In this document: positions 48,100-61,246 of the stretch, piece by piece
How positions within the stretch are numbered: the first letter of the stretch is position 1
Layout: every line of letters begins with the position of its first letter
Assembly (NCBI GenBank): GCA_030390025.1
Contig: CM059433.1
Location: 26,228,001 to 26,292,000, forward strand
Reading direction: 5' to 3'
Length of the DNA stretch: 64,000 bases
From: Squalus acanthias
Taxonomy: Eukaryota
Notes under the pieces: model-generated
Seen by the model: the letters and a program-made list of their open reading frames with translations, nothing else
Databases searched by the model: none
What the model was told of the DNA's origin: nothing
Position numbers and translations under genes: made by a program

Positions 48100-49667
48100 G
48101 TAAGATGGGGGGAGGGATCTACAAGAAACGTAACCAGCCTAATTATAAACAAAACAGGTAAAGAGAGCATAGCAAAGAATAAAGTAAGGGAGGACATTGA
48201 TGGCAAGAGAATAAATAGAGTTATAGAACAGGAGTCTAAAAAGATGGTTAAACATAAAGAGAGAGGAAATCCTATTAAAAATGAGTTAAACTGTCTGTAC
48301 AGCAATGCACACAGTGTCCGTAATAAAACAGGGGAGCTGGAGGCAATCATGTGTTGTGAAGAACCAGACATAGTAGGGATTACTGAGATGTGGCTACAGA
48401 AAAATCAGGACTGGGAATTAAACATTGCAGGGTATAACATATTTAGAAAAGATAGGGAGGAAAAAAGGGAAGGTGGAGTAGCTGTACTTATTAGGGATAA
48501 CATAATGGCAGTAGAAAAAGGTGACGCATATATCAGCAAGACAAAAATAGACTCCATAGGATAGAGATAAAAGATAATAAAGGATCAACCACACGAATAG
48601 GCATAGTCTACAGACCACCTAATAGTGGAAGGGAGGTGGAGGAAGAAATATGCAGACAAATTAGAGAAATGAGTAAAAAACATCGAATAATAATCATGGG
48701 GGATTTCATTTACCCCGATATTAATTGGACAGAAGAGGTAGGTAAAGAGGATAAGTGAATGGAGTTCCTACAATGTGTACAGGACTCCTTTCTAAGCCAA
48801 TATGTAAAAAGCCCAACAAGGGAGGATTCGCTCTTGGATCAAGTAATGGGGAATGAACCAGAGCAGATAAGAGAAGTAAAAGATGGGGAACATCTAGGCA
48901 ATAGTGACCATAATATAATACGCTTTAAGAAGGCGGCTCACCACCACTTTCTCAGGGGCAATTAGGGATGGGCAATAAATGCTGGCCTTGCCAGCGACGC
49001 CCACATCCCATAAACGAATTTAAAAAAATTGAGAAGGACATAAGTATGACGAAAAGCAGGGTAATAGATTGGAGAAAAGTTGATTTTGAGGGGCTGAGAA
49101 TAGAACTTGGGAAAATAAAATGGGCAACAATATTGGCAAACAACGATGTAGAACAGCAATGGGAAACATTTAAAATGGTGTTCAACAGAATGCAGGAACA
49201 ATATATTCCGCTAAAAGGAAAGAACAAACTAAACACTAATGAGACTCCATGGGTGAATAAAGCCATAAGGGAACAATTGAGGGTAAGGAAAGAGGCATAC
49301 ATTAAGTACAGAGACAGCAGGGGAGTGCATGAAAAGGGAGAATACAAAGAGATTAGGAGAGAAATTAAAAAAAATTAGGAAGGCAAAGAAGAACTATGAA
49401 ATTAAATTATCAAGGAACATAAAACAAAATAGTAAAATATTTTATAGGCACATCAATAAAAAAAGGAAGGTTGGGATGGAATAGGGCCATTAAGGGATAG
49501 ACAGGATAATACCACAGGTAAAGGTAGGGAGATGGCAGAAATATTAAATAATTATTTTACTTCAGTATTTACCAGGGAGATAGAACAGATGGACATGACA
49601 TTGGATGATGAGATTAGTAATGAGATAAGTGCATTTAAAATAAAAAGAGGGGATATATTAAATAAAC
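48100..49667 (+). mobile_element. CR1 ORF2 5' part (APE endonuclease), decayed, with a ~100-bp LINE/SINE tail inserted at about 48924-49028
   Basis: CLYSNAHSVRNKTGELE...DIVGITEMWL...GYNIFRKDR...GGVAVL, YRPP, LGNSDHNII. Confidence 0.85.
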
Positions 49668-50204
49668 ATTAGTAATTCATTTCTGCACGTATGTGGGACG
49701 AGCCCTCATACAAACAATTGTATTGCACATTTCCTCTTAACTGTCAGTCATTATGTTCAGCATGTCTCATACTGCGCCTGACCCCCAATAACATCTTTGA
49801 ACTAGGGATCAGTCTTGGTATGCATGAACGTATTTAGCTGCACAGTCATGCTTAAAACTCATGTCGGCTGCATATAGACTTGGAACCCAAATATTTGTTT
49901 GACAGGTGATGAACTATTGGCCCACCACGAGCTTTTACAAAGTGGTGATTTAAGGAATGAATAAACAATCAGTGACATTGAACCATTATGAAATATATAC
50001 CATTCTAATTACGTAACACATCAATATCAGTACTAGCAGATCTCCAGTTGTGCTGCTCATAGTGAGTCAGAGGAGATGCTGTTTTCTATCAATAGGGATG
50101 TTTATGCCATGTAGGGAATAACGTCAGAACTGATTTGCAATGTCTCAGTGGTCTAGAAATTCATCCACGTAGCGCTCATTTAAAGCCTACTAAGTCACCA
50201 ATAT

Positions 50205-51052
50205 GGCTGGCTGTGGCTGTGAAGGTCACCATGGCCGCAACCTTTATGCCACAGGCTCCTTTCAGGCTGCAACAGGTGACATCAGCAGCATCTCACAGTT
50301 TGCAGTACACCGATATATCAGGGAGGACACCGAAGCTCTCTTCACTAGGAGAAACACCTACCTCTCCTTCCCTATGGATAGAGCGAAGCAGGACGAGAGA
50401 GCACTAGGCTTCACCCACATGGCAGGCTTCCCCAAGGTACAAGGTGCCATAGACAGTGCACACATTGCCTTGTGTGCTCCCAATCACCAGCCTGGCATCT
50501 TTATCAATTGAAAGAGATTCCGCTGCCTCAATGTCCAGCTGGTTTGCAACCACAGCCAGCGCATCATGCATGTCTGTGCCCGCTATCCAGGCCGCAGTCA
50601 TGACTCTTTCATTCTGCGCCAGTCCTCTGTGCCATCTTTATTCCAACCAGGCAGCCAAGTTACTGGCTGGCTATTGGGTGACAAGGGACGTCCCCTCCGG
50701 GCATGGCTCGTGACTCCTGTCTGGAACCAACGCACAGCTACAGAGCTGGTCTACAACGAGAGCCACGCTGCCACAAGAAACATCAGCAACAAGCAATCGT
50801 CGTGCTCAAGCAACTCTTCCGCTGCCTGCACGGTCCTGGAGGAGTTTTGCAGTACAACCCTGAGCAGGTATCCAGATTTGTGATTATCTACTGCATGCTC
50901 CACAACTCCACCATCATGAAGGACCAGCCCTTACCACCACCTGGGCAGCAACACATACTTGAGGAGGAGCAGGGGGAGGAGAGGCAGAGACCACCAGAGC
51001 CCTTATCTGCCTGAGCTCTCACAAACCAGCTCATCGAGGAGAGCTTCAACTA
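50205..51052 (+). pseudogene. Harbinger transposase remnant (N-terminus deleted)
   Basis: YATGSFQAATGDISSISQFAVHR, GFPKVQGAIDSAH, YPGRSHDS, LLGDKG, YCMLHN. Confidence 0.85.
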
Positions 51053-51246
51053 AATCAGCCCTCCCATTCCCCATCAGTCCCACAGTCCTTACCTCTCTTC
51101 TTACAACCAACATCCGATTGCCTTCCTTCACTCCAAAATTATTGGTCTTGCCCTCACTTCATTACAAAGACAAATATTAGCACCAAATCCAGATCATAAA
51201 AATGTTTATCAAACAAATTATGGCAGCATTGATAAAATAAAATGAC

Positions 51247-53030
51247 TAATCACCCTTGTACAAGCCATTAGTGCCTATCTTGTGTACTCGTTTACCTATC
51301 CTGGAGATCCTACAAGGTGTTTCCCCAGTGGCTACAGTTTTGGAAGTGGAAGGCTGCTGAGCTTCCATTAAGGACATTTGAGATGCTTGACATCTGAGAA
51401 CCTTGAGCAGCACTGGGCCTAGAGGGCCCGACTGCAGACAGCAGCATCTCGCTGTGGGTCGGAACAGTCTGGGCCGGCTGGGTGTATGGCACTAACAAGG
51501 AAATTGGAGGAGTGGGTCACGGGGGAGCAGGCATGCTGTCATCCTGAGAGGGGACAGCAGGTGCCTTTCCATAGGGACAAGGCCACTCTCCTGGGGCGGC
51601 TCCTCAGCACTCCTAGGGCTCTGCTGGGGAACAGAGTGTAGAAGTGATTTGACGCCCTGGAAGCCCCTTTCAACAGTGATCCCCAAAGCCAAGATGGCAG
51701 CCGTCTGAGCTTCAATGCAAACAGTGTGAGCTGCCATAGTAGCCCTATGAGCTTCCATCGCAGCAGTATGGCAGTGTTGTCATAAGATGCTGCACCATGG
51801 TGGGTTCCACTTTTGTACGAATGGAGCTGACCACTCAAACATGCTCGACAGAATGCTCTCCATGCTCTGTGCAAAGCCTTGAGACAAGTTGGAGCTGGAC
51901 TCCTCCATGCTCCATGACATTGTGCGCAAGCTCTCTGGTAGACTGCCCAGTGCACCAAGTATTAACCCAGTGTATGTCCATGAGCCATCCCCATCAAAGT
52001 CGGCATTTGAGTCCTCTGCAGCAGAACTAGTGTGTGACCTCACCCTCTAGTGAGCTGTCACCTGTGGCTTCCTTTCCCCCTGCCCTAGCTCCTGCAAACT
52101 TGTGCCTGGTGAGTCACCATGTGCTAATCCCTCCTCTAATCGAGCCTCTAAAGTCCACGTGGTGTCAGTATCTGAGCTGGTGTTTGTGAGGTGCATCTTC
52201 AGGAACACTGTGCTCCTCTTCCTCCACTGGCTTAGGGGCATTGACATTCTCAACAGCTGACAGAGAGTGACAAGGGTTAGCTTGTGGTGTGAGGGAGAGC
52301 AGAGAGAGAGAGAAGTGGGTGTTGAAAGCATCCACAGCTTGTCATGCAGTGTGTGTGTATGAGGGAGAAGTCAAAAGAGACAAAGAGGATCGGGTATACA
52401 GAAACCCTGCACGGTGTCTCCTCCAGCGTCGCCAGTGGCCACAGCCTCCACGCTGCCCCTTCCCATGATGGCCAGGCCACTCTCTTCAAGGGGGGAGAGG
52501 GTGTGCAGACGGGCTCTTCCTCTCCCGGTGACAGCCTGTTGCCTGGTGTTGTTTGTGACCTTCTCCTGCAAGAAGAGTGAAGTGTGTTAGTGAGAGTCTT
52601 GTGTGGAGTTTGGAGAATGTGGCTGTCATGGTGGAATTGCTGACAGTGTGTGTGTGAGACGTGAGTTGTGGGTAAGTGAGGGGTGTAATAGTGGTGAGTG
52701 TGTGAGCATGAGGAGAAGGAGGTTTAGTGAAGTGTGGTGCAGTGATTGCAGGACAGTACAGGGTAGGGGGGAGGGCAGCGTTGTGAGTGTTGTAATTAAT
52801 GAGGCTGTGAGTGGTGCAGCTGTGATCAGAAAGTATGAGAACATTCTTCTTACCTTAACATATCTAGTTAGATCAATGCTCCTGGCATTGACATCCTCAG
52901 CTATCGCTTCCCACTGCTCCTCGGTAGATGGCTGGAGGGTTTCCTGCCTCCTGGGGGAAAATGGATGTCCCTCCTCCACTCCACTTCCTGTGCCAAGGCC
53001 TCCAGTGCTGCATCGGTGAATCTTGGTGCC
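51247..53030 (-). pseudogene. Three-exon Harbinger accessory gene remnant
   Basis: Exon 1 ...WEAIAEDVNARS..DLTRYVK followed by gtaaga (52854). Exon 2 EKVTNNTRQQAVTGRG...LSPLEESGLAIMG (52565-52406). The last exon ends QQPSTS...CRISRIGK...KGD*. Confidence 0.75.
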
Positions 53031-53794
53031 ACTCCCTCCTTCAGCTATTTCTTCCAGAACTTGCCGCGCTGTTTTTACAGCTAGAATGCACCAAGAGGTG
53101 CTGAATGCCTTTAAGTAGCATCCTGGACGATATCGGCACCCCCTGATAGGCATGCGGCCAAAGAATAGCAGAATAAAAATCCCAGAATGCCATTTAATAC
53201 AAATGGAGTTTGACTTCCTTCACGGATGCTGTGTGCTGCCTGCATTGGCACCAACTGGTGCGGGTAGTCCGTTTTTGGCCGTGATCCGATTTCTGGACCA
53301 GTAAGTCATTTGTATTAAATGGCATTCTGGGATTTTCACTGGTACTTTGCGAATTGAATTTCACAACTCTGTCCATTATTCCGTGACAGCCGCAAATGAA
53401 TGGTGAGCAGAGTGCACAGCACGATCCCATCCTAAACAAACAGAAAATGACACAAGGAGCCATTTCAACGATTGTAATGGAGCTCCTGCAAAGATTGCAG
53501 GACAGCACCTTAGACTGGGTCTGTAAGGAGGGTCTCGAGCAGCACGGATCAAGTGGTGATCTGGTGAAAGGGATACAGGCCTAAATTCCCAACCCTCGCA
53601 GCACTGATACTGCTGAGCAAAAACTCAACCCCCGGTGCTGGATTAATTTAAAGTCCATTCATCCAGCTATGCAAGACTCCATGAAGCAGAATATCATCTA
53701 AATATACCTTGTTATAGGAGATATGCAAAAAACTAAACCAATCATAGGTGAAAGGACACAATGTTGTGACAGGATACCTCAGCATTTTCTGGAT

Positions 53795-54150
53795 ACCTCG
53801 ACAAGGTAGATGCAGAGAGGATGTTTCCCCTCGTGGGGAAATCTTAAACTCGGGGGCATAGTTTCAGAATAAAGGGTCGCCCTTTTAGAACTGAGATGAG
53901 GAGGAATTTCTTCTCTCAGAGGGTCGTAAATCTGTGCAATTCTCTGCCCCAGAGAGCCGTGGAGGCTGGGTCATTAAATACATTGAAGGTGGAGATAGAC
54001 AGATTTTTGCAAGATAAGGGAGTGAAGGGTTATGGGGAGCGGGCAGGGAAGTGGCTTTGAGCCCTAGATCAGCCATGATCTTATTGAATGGCGGAGCAGA
54101 CTCGAGGGGCCAAGTGGCCTATTCCTGCTCCTATTTCTTATGTTCTTATG
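53795..54150 (+). mobile_element. CR1 3'-end fragment
   Basis: gagatgaggaggaatttcttctctcagagggtcgt...tcctgctcctatttcttatgttcttatg. Confidence 0.8.
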
Positions 54151-54479
54151 CTCATTCCAAAATCCCTGGTACATGCATTCCCAATACTTGTTTCCAGTGG
54201 TTTAAATTCGAGTTGACCCTATCGTATGTCTTTTGCTGTAATTGTTCACCTGCTTCACCTTTAAATATTTTTCATATTTTCTCAGTAGATATTGGTTTCA
54301 GTATATAGGATGACCACGTCTTGATCTGCTGCGAATAATTCGCGTGTCCATCAGGGAGCAGCACAGCTACGATTATTCCAGCAATTTGTTTCACCTCACG
54401 CTATAACAATCCCTGGCATGATACAATCCCTAGTATCCATTACTGCCTAAATAAATTACTTAAATAAACCTGGGCTTAC

Positions 54480-54668
54480 CTGTAAAGCTACAAAGACGTT
54501 AGCCAGAGCCTGACCATATGTGTCATGGCAATGAACGGCAAGGGCACTTTTAGGAATTTCTTTCATCACTGCTTCCAGCATCTTCTTCACATTGCCAGGA
54601 GTTCCTATACCAGTTGTGTCCCCCAGTGAAATCTCGTAGCAGCCCATACTGTACATTCTTTTGGCAAC
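54480..54668 (-). CDS. HMGCLL1: HMG-CoA lyase-like 1 coding exon (189 bp; equivalent to HMGCL exon 7)
   Basis: [63 protein letters not shown], including the metal-binding HxH. Flanked by ...ttccacag and gtaagc. KR and MLExVMKEIP favour HMGCLL1 over HMGCL (paralog call about 0.7). Confidence 0.9.
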
Positions 54669-55424
54669 CTGTGGAAAAATTGATGAATTATGATGCAGTA
54701 TTTTACTTTTCACTTCAACAATAAAAGCAACACATTTCCAGGAACAGTGAAGAGGAACCTAGTAAGTATGAAAATAAAAATGTATATATATATATATAAG
54801 ATGCAGACAGATGTACCTGATCCAGACAGCTTGCATTCACAGGTTTCAAAGGAGACAGATGCTGAAATTAGCAAAACTTTAGCTAATATTTTTGCATGTG
54901 TTCAAAAGAGATTTGAGCTCAAGAAAATGGTTAATATTTCCAATTTTTTTTAAAGTGAAATGGCATACCTAAAAAATCACAGATCAATAAATAGTTGTAC
55001 GGAGAGTCTTTGAAACATTTTTGATAGATCGACTGGGTGAACAGTTGAAAAAATCTAATTCGATAACCAACAGTCAGCATGCGTTGAGAAAAGGGGGATC
55101 ACGTACAATGCGGGAATTTTTCAAAGTCCTGGTGGACAGGGGGAAACCCAATTAATATTACTTGTTTAGATTTGAGGAATCTTGAGACAAGGTTCCACAT
55201 CTGCAACTACTGGCTAAGGTAAGGTATCATATGCAAGTAGATATATAACTGGCGTAAACAACAGAAAACAGGATAAGTACAAAAAGGAGAACTTTCCAGG
55301 CTAGAGAGTAAATATCAGTGGGGTATCACAGGGTTCAAAAATTAGGGACGTCATTATTTTAATGTATTAATTACTTGGAAGTTTGCAGATGACACAAAAA
55401 CAGGAGACAGATCATATAATGTGA

Positions 55425-55878
55425 AAAAGAACTTGCATTCATCGAGCACTTTTCATGGCTTCAGGGCAATGAAGCACTTTTGAAGTGGTCACTGTTGTAA
55501 TGTAGGGATGCATCACAAGGTTCCACAAATAGCAAATGAGATCATCTGTTTTCAGTGGTGCTGGTTAAGGGATAAATGTTGGCTGGGAGACCAGGACAAC
55601 GACTCTGCAATAATTAGTTTCCCGACTTTGGTGTGTAGGTTTCTCGTCGGCATCCACACGCGCCTCAATCCCAGAAGCGGACGCATTGCAATTCCCCAGC
55701 TCTTCTTCAAATATTGTTATAGGATCTTTAAATCCACCTGAGAGAGCAGATAGGGTCTCAACTTAATATCTTGTTCAGAAATACAGAACCTTCGACAGGA
55801 AAATTACTCGAGTTGAGCTTGAACCCACCACCTTCTGGCACAGAGGCAAGAATGCTACCACTGAGCCGAGGCTGACAC
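55425..55878 (-). mobile_element. Degraded Deu-domain SINE
   Basis: The head (ccactgagccgaggctgaca) and tail match the other copies; there is an internal insertion. Confidence 0.55.
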
Positions 55879-56304
55879 TGCATTGCAGCGAGATTCAAAA
55901 AGAGTTTAGATGGAAGATACAATTAAATGTATCCAAGGGGCAATTTATAACCCCAGGAATGGGTGGGTTGGGAGCAGGTGGGGGGTTAAAATTTTTGATT
56001 TTTCGATCGGGAGCACAACCCGGCTCCAATACGTCCGCTTCTGGGTTTAGCAGAGGTGCGTTTGGATGCCAGCGCGAAACCTACACACCTAAGTTGGGGA
56101 ATTAACGATTGAAAGTGGGCGGGTGGTTATTGGTGCAATCAATGTCCTTAGGAGACATTAATGAGGTCTTTGCAAATTGGTTTTAACTTCGATCCAAATT
56201 TAACGTGGCACGGGAAACTGAGGCAAGTTTGAACAGCAGTTAAGGTGGGTATTTAAACTTGTCCATTGTCCCATCTGAATCAAAGCTCATTTATTGCAGC
56301 TAAT

Positions 56305-57023
56305 GGGGGAAAAATTCGGTTGATTTGCACCTCCCGTTAGCGCCCTAAGAGGACGCTAACAGGGCGCAAAGCAACTAGCGCCTGGGCGCGGCGCTGCTAA
56401 CTCCTCCCGTGAAATTCAGCGGCAGGTTAGCGGCGGCGGTAACCGTTAGCACCCCGCGGTGCTGCTTCTTTGGCGATGATGTCATCGGCGTGCGCCCCAG
56501 CCGCGATCTTCGGTAGCGCCACCTGACTTACCGCCGGACGCTATGTCCGACAGTGTCAGGGGGGCGTACGTGCGGTCGGAGCGGCGAAAATTAAAGGGGA
56601 GGTGCCGGGCGGCCATTTTTGTTGCTGGCCGCCTGCCAACACCTACCCCCGTTGCTGTCCCCGGCCTCCTGTGAAGCCCCCCCCCTCTGTGAGCCGGGCA
56701 CTCCTCTTGAGTGCCGGGCTCTTTTGCCGGCACTCCGATCCCTGGTGGCCCAGCTGGGCCCTGGGTCATGCTGCGCTGGGCCCCTCCTCTTTAATAAGGG
56801 GAAGGCCTGCAGTATCGCGGCGCGACGTGCCCCAGCACATGGCGCGGCGGCATGCAGTGCCACGATATTCACTCACAGCACCCCAAGAGGGAGGCGGGGC
56901 ACTTCCTGTAGCGCCCCGCCTCCTTCTTGGGGCGCTACCAGTGAATTTTGGGCGCCGGGGCGCTAACTTTTTCAGGGCACTAAAAGTAGCGCCCCAAATG
57001 GGGCGTGACCCAATTTTGCCCCC
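56305..57023. mobile_element. Non-autonomous Harbinger MITE nested in the older Harbinger; TSD AAT/AGT
   Basis: TIRs GGGGGAAAAATTCGG / CCAATTTTGCCCCC. Same family as 61247-62029. Confidence 0.85.
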
Positions 57024-57118
57024 AGTGTCTCAGTTCCCTCTGGCAAAAGTTTGGCAGAGAGTGCTTGTGTGTTTACAGCTTTTTTCAACCTTGGAGGCTT
57101 CCAACCGAGAAGATAAGG

Positions 57119-58617
57119 ATGGGAGTCACGTTGGATGTGTTTGACAGCATATAGAAGAGGGAGACCATCACCATCCACGGCAGCGTCGACGTGCTGTGGT
57201 GGGATCAGGATGTGTACAGGAGAGAGGGGCACAGGAGGGAGGGGTACAGGAGGGAGGGGTACAGGAGGGAGGGGTACAGGAGGGAGGGGCACAGGAGGGA
57301 GGGGTACAGGAGGGAGGGGTACAGGAGGGAGGGGTACAGGAGGGAGGTGAACAGGAGAGAGGGGCACAGGAGGGAGGGGTACAGGAGAGAGGCACAGGAG
57401 AGAGGGGCACAGGAGGGAGGTGAACAGGAGGGAGGGGCACAGGAGAGAGGGGTACAGGAGGGAGGTGAACAGGAGGGAGGGGCACAGGAGAGAGGGGTAC
57501 AGGAGGGAGGTGAACAGGAGGGAGGGGAACAGGAGGGAGGGGAACAGGAGGGAGGTGCACAGGAGAGGGACCAAGGTAGTAGGAGGCATTACACACATCA
57601 CAGGGTTTATAGACAGAGGCTCAGCTTCCTTGATCTCTCGGAAGAGTAGTGCTTCCGCAGGCTGAGGTTATCACGGCAGGTGGTGGCAGATATCTGCAGC
57701 CTCCTAGAGGAAGACCTGCTCCTGCTGGACCTGGTGGCCATGCATTACCAGTAGCTGTGTAAGTGACCACCGCCCTCAACTTTTTCGCCTCTGGGTCCTT
57801 CAAAGGTGCTTCCGGAGACATAGTGAGGGTCTCCCAGTCAGCTGCACATAAATGCATCTGGCAGGTTGCTTATGGATTGTTTTCCAGGGCCAGCAATTAC
57901 GTAAGCTTCCACTCTGGTGATAATAGCCAGAATGAGCGGGCACACGGATTTGCCTCTTTGGTTGGATTCCAACAGGTACAGGGTCCCATCGACTGCACAC
58001 ACGTGGCAATCCAAGCACCACCACAACAACCAGGAGCTTTTATAAACCGCAAGCGATATTCGCCCATCAATATATAGCTGGTGTGCAACCACAAAAAGAG
58101 GTTCATGCACATCTGTGCCAGATTCCCTGGGAGCTTTCATGATGCATTCATATTGAGGCAGTCCAACAATCCAGACTTTTTTTTGTTCCAGGAAGCAGAC
58201 TTTAGCACTGGCTGGTAGGAGGCTAGGGATACCCCTTCAAACTTGGCTCATGACACCTATGAGGAACCCCACCAATGAGGCACAGCAGCACTACAACGAG
58301 AGCCACATGACCACCAGGTGTGTCATAGAGCAAGCCATCGGAATGTAGAAAATGCACCTCTGGTGCCTAGATAGGTCTGGAGGTGCCCTTCAGTACTCAC
58401 TTGCGAGAGTCTCTAGAATAATCGCAGTTTGCTGCACAGCAGAGAGGATTGCAGGTGGAGGAAGACGAAGGGGCTTATCACTCATCTTCGGATGAGGAGA
58501 CATGGAGGAGGAGGAGGAGGATGATGAAGATGGGGCACCCATCGCCAGACCAGCCGCTGACATTGCTGCCCGGGATGCCAGGCATGCCCTAATATCGCAA
58601 AGGTTCACCTATTGTGA
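57119..58617 (+). pseudogene. Harbinger transposase pseudogene with N-terminal minisatellite
   Basis: HRVYRQRLSFLDLSEE, ALNFFASGSFKG, QGPIDCTHVAI, FINRKRY, FPGSFHDA; multiple stops. Confidence 0.85.
57209..57570 (+). repeat. 15-bp purine-rich minisatellite (CAGGAGGGAGGGGTA and variants), about 24 units
   Basis: Directly visible tandem array; translates as QEGGV/QERGA or RREGY repeats. Confidence 0.95.
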
Positions 58618-58873
58618 AACATAACAAAAGAAATCCTGCCACCACCAGGACCAACCCCGCCTTCCCTTTGTACTAAATAGTCCTTCAACCACAAATGGGT
58701 CCCGTCATGTATTAACATTCATCATGAAACAAATGAAAGTGCGAGTTGGCACTCGGGATGCAACAATGGGCAAGATGTGGAAGTTTTGCTAATCAATAGA
58801 TTTTATGTGGCATTATGAAAAAAGGAAACTGAACAACATAACGTTTTGCCAAAAACCCATGTGCCTACCCTTG

Positions 58874-60620
58874 AATTACAAATTCTTGAACTTACGCTTC
58901 CTACTGCTTCTACATGGTGCATCCTGTGTGGCTTTAGCAGAGGTAGAGGCAAGCTGCTCAGATCCCTGCCCTGACTGCTGAGATGCTCTTGCCCTACGAC
59001 CTCAGGGTTTTGGAGCCCCTGAGGGCCCCGCCAAAGACTGCTCCACCTGCACCTGCGTAGGGGCAGACTCGGCCATCAGGAGACGAGCCAGCATGTGGGG
59101 TACTGGCTGGGGGGGGGGGGGGGGGGGCGGGGGAAACGGGTGAGAAGTGGGAGCGCTTTGCGTGGAGTCCCCACTTCCATATTCCCTTTCACCATCATCC
59201 TTCGCCTGGACCAGCGCCACACCACTCCGACAACTCTGCTGCAGACCAGCTTGGTGGAGATCAGTAATGTGTTTTAAGGCCATGGATAAGGTTTAAGACG
59301 GCAGACAAGTTGGCATACAGTCTGCATTGCCGTGGTCATGGTCTGCATGGACTCATTTGAGAGCCATGCTTGAAGCTCCGTGGAGGCGGCCTCTCTCTCC
59401 ATGGCAGACATTTTCACAATTCCCTGCGGCGGCAATCCACTAGTGATCAAGTGCAGAGTGTGCGTGGCACGTCTGTCAGTACCTGGCTAAGTTGCTGATG
59501 CACCTCTAGCATTCTATTCTCAACAATAGCCCCTGGAGTTCAGCATCTGTGTCCAGCTGAGCAGAGCTTGGAGAGGATTACACCCCCGATGCAGACTCTC
59601 CACAGCTTGTGCTCACTTGTGAGCTGTGAATCACCAGGTGAAAATCCAATTAGCTGTCTAAGTGGATACACTGAAGTGCGAGTATCTGCGCTGATGCTGT
59701 ATGTCCTGTGATGGTGCACCCTCAGGAGGAATGAGGTCCTCTAAGGAATCATTATTATGGATGTCCTGCAACACTTGCTGTATGCGTGAAGGCCCTGGAA
59801 GACAAAAGAAAAGGCTATGATTTAGTCGTGGCCAAGTCACGATCTTGACAATAACTATACTCATTCTTCTCATAGTTCAGTCATTGATGAAATCAGGTCA
59901 GCATATGTGTATCAGAGATATTTATAATTCTGTCATCAGCTATTTGTGAGATTCCTGTCTCTCCATTTCTGATTGAGAGGGACGCAGATGTGCCATTTAT
60001 CCAGGGCGTCCTCCTCTGCACCAGTTAGCTGGACTACTTATGATGGGCCACCTCCAGACCTCTCCCTCTCACTTGCGTTTTGCAATCTCTTCTATAAGGG
60101 GAGAAAGAACAGATCTGTGAGTGAGTGAAGGTGAGGTATTCACCAGATGGATGGGGTGCATTCGGTGAGGGTGACTAAGAGACACATCACATTGTATAAG
60201 GATTGGGGTGAGTGTCCACGGTGAATGGACAAATAGGGAAGTGAAGAAGTGCATAGAAAGTGAAGGCAGGGCGCTGCTGTAAGTTGAGTGGGTGTGAGGA
60301 GTGATGTGATGGAGAACACTTGGCAAGACAGAGTGAAAGGGGGCTTAGACCACAGGATGTAGGTGAATCAGCAAATGTACTCACTTTTCCTGACCTGGTT
60401 AGGTCATTAAACAGCTTCCTGCACTTCATCCAAGACCTTGATGTTCAATGTCCCTGATGTTCAGCTCCTCAGCGACCTCCAACCATGCCTTCTTGGTGAG
60501 AGCTGCAGGTTTCTTCCTCCCATTGCTGGGGAAAAGTATGTCCATCCTGCTCCTGACTGCACCCAGCAGTAATACCAGGGATGGATCATTAAATCTGGGT
60601 GCTGCTCTCTGTGCATTCAC
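58874..60620 (-). pseudogene. Harbinger Myb/SANT accessory gene remnant
   Basis: RAAPRFNDPSLVLLLGAV..RMDILFP...KKAWLEVAEEL...CRKLFNDLTRSGK followed by gtgagt. The last exon ends AGPS...ASTS...CRSSRKRKFKNL*. Confidence 0.8.
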
Positions 60621-61246
60621 CCAAAATACCTCCAATTTCCATTTGTGCAATGTCCCATTAAATACAGCTGAGATCACGTTATGCAGGCGCGCATCACGCC
60701 CGTTGTGCAGCTTGGAGACGTGAAACCCAGAAGTCAAAATTGGTACAATTGAGTTAGGATCGCAGATTCCGACCCGCTCAGTGGATTTCCGGGTTTCGTA
60801 CACGCAATTCCACCCACCCCCTAATTAAAGTTTTTAAATTATGAAGGGAATTAGTAAAATTGTTCACGATGATAAAGAATTCAAACACCAGGCGACATAA
60901 GTTAAAAATTAATAAGTTAGCAGGAAGAAAGGCAATCAGATCAAAACCTTTCGCCAAGGAGCAGTGGGGTTGTGGAATAAATTACATGGGAAGACCAGTC
61001 AAGTGGACAGTATACATGACTTCCAGAGAAAACTGAGGATAAAAATTCCGTTGGTTCCTGTGTGCAGTGAAACTAAATCCATTGCTGCTGAGATTTCCTC
61101 TGCTGAATATTTCTAAGAAAATCATGAATTCTTTTATGTACCTCTGGAGGGAGAAGTGATTCAAGTATATTGTGAGCAGGAGGGGTTGAAATTAATGACA
61201 AGGGGATGGGCTTTTACGGCCGAATGGTCTGTTCCTAAAAGTTCTT

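Larger units (their letters stand above)
50150..53367. mobile_element. Decayed two-gene Harbinger transposon
   Basis: Left terminus GGTCTAGAAATTC. Transposase (+) about 50205-51052 and Myb accessory gene (-) about 51247-53030. Candidate right terminus GAATTTCACAAC. Confidence 0.8.
55937..60830. mobile_element. Large decayed two-gene Harbinger transposon
   Basis: Transposase (+) 57119-58617 and Myb accessory gene (-) 58874-60620. Termini are approximate. Confidence 0.75.

Noticed and set aside
54669..54713. ATG at 54713 as the start of the HMG-CoA lyase ORF
   Set aside because: [15 protein letters not shown] is intronic read-through upstream of the ttccacag acceptor; the exon starts at 54668.
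56482..57144. ORFs within GC-rich MITEs (also 31165-31839, 61348-61995, 25293-25760)
   Set aside because: No domain similarity, and frames are not conserved between related copies.
57191..57665. CRISPR-like array or genuine repeat-protein gene (PPVPL/REGYR ORFs)
   Set aside because: It is a spacerless tandem minisatellite in eukaryotic DNA; the ORFs in several frames result from a stop-free repeat.
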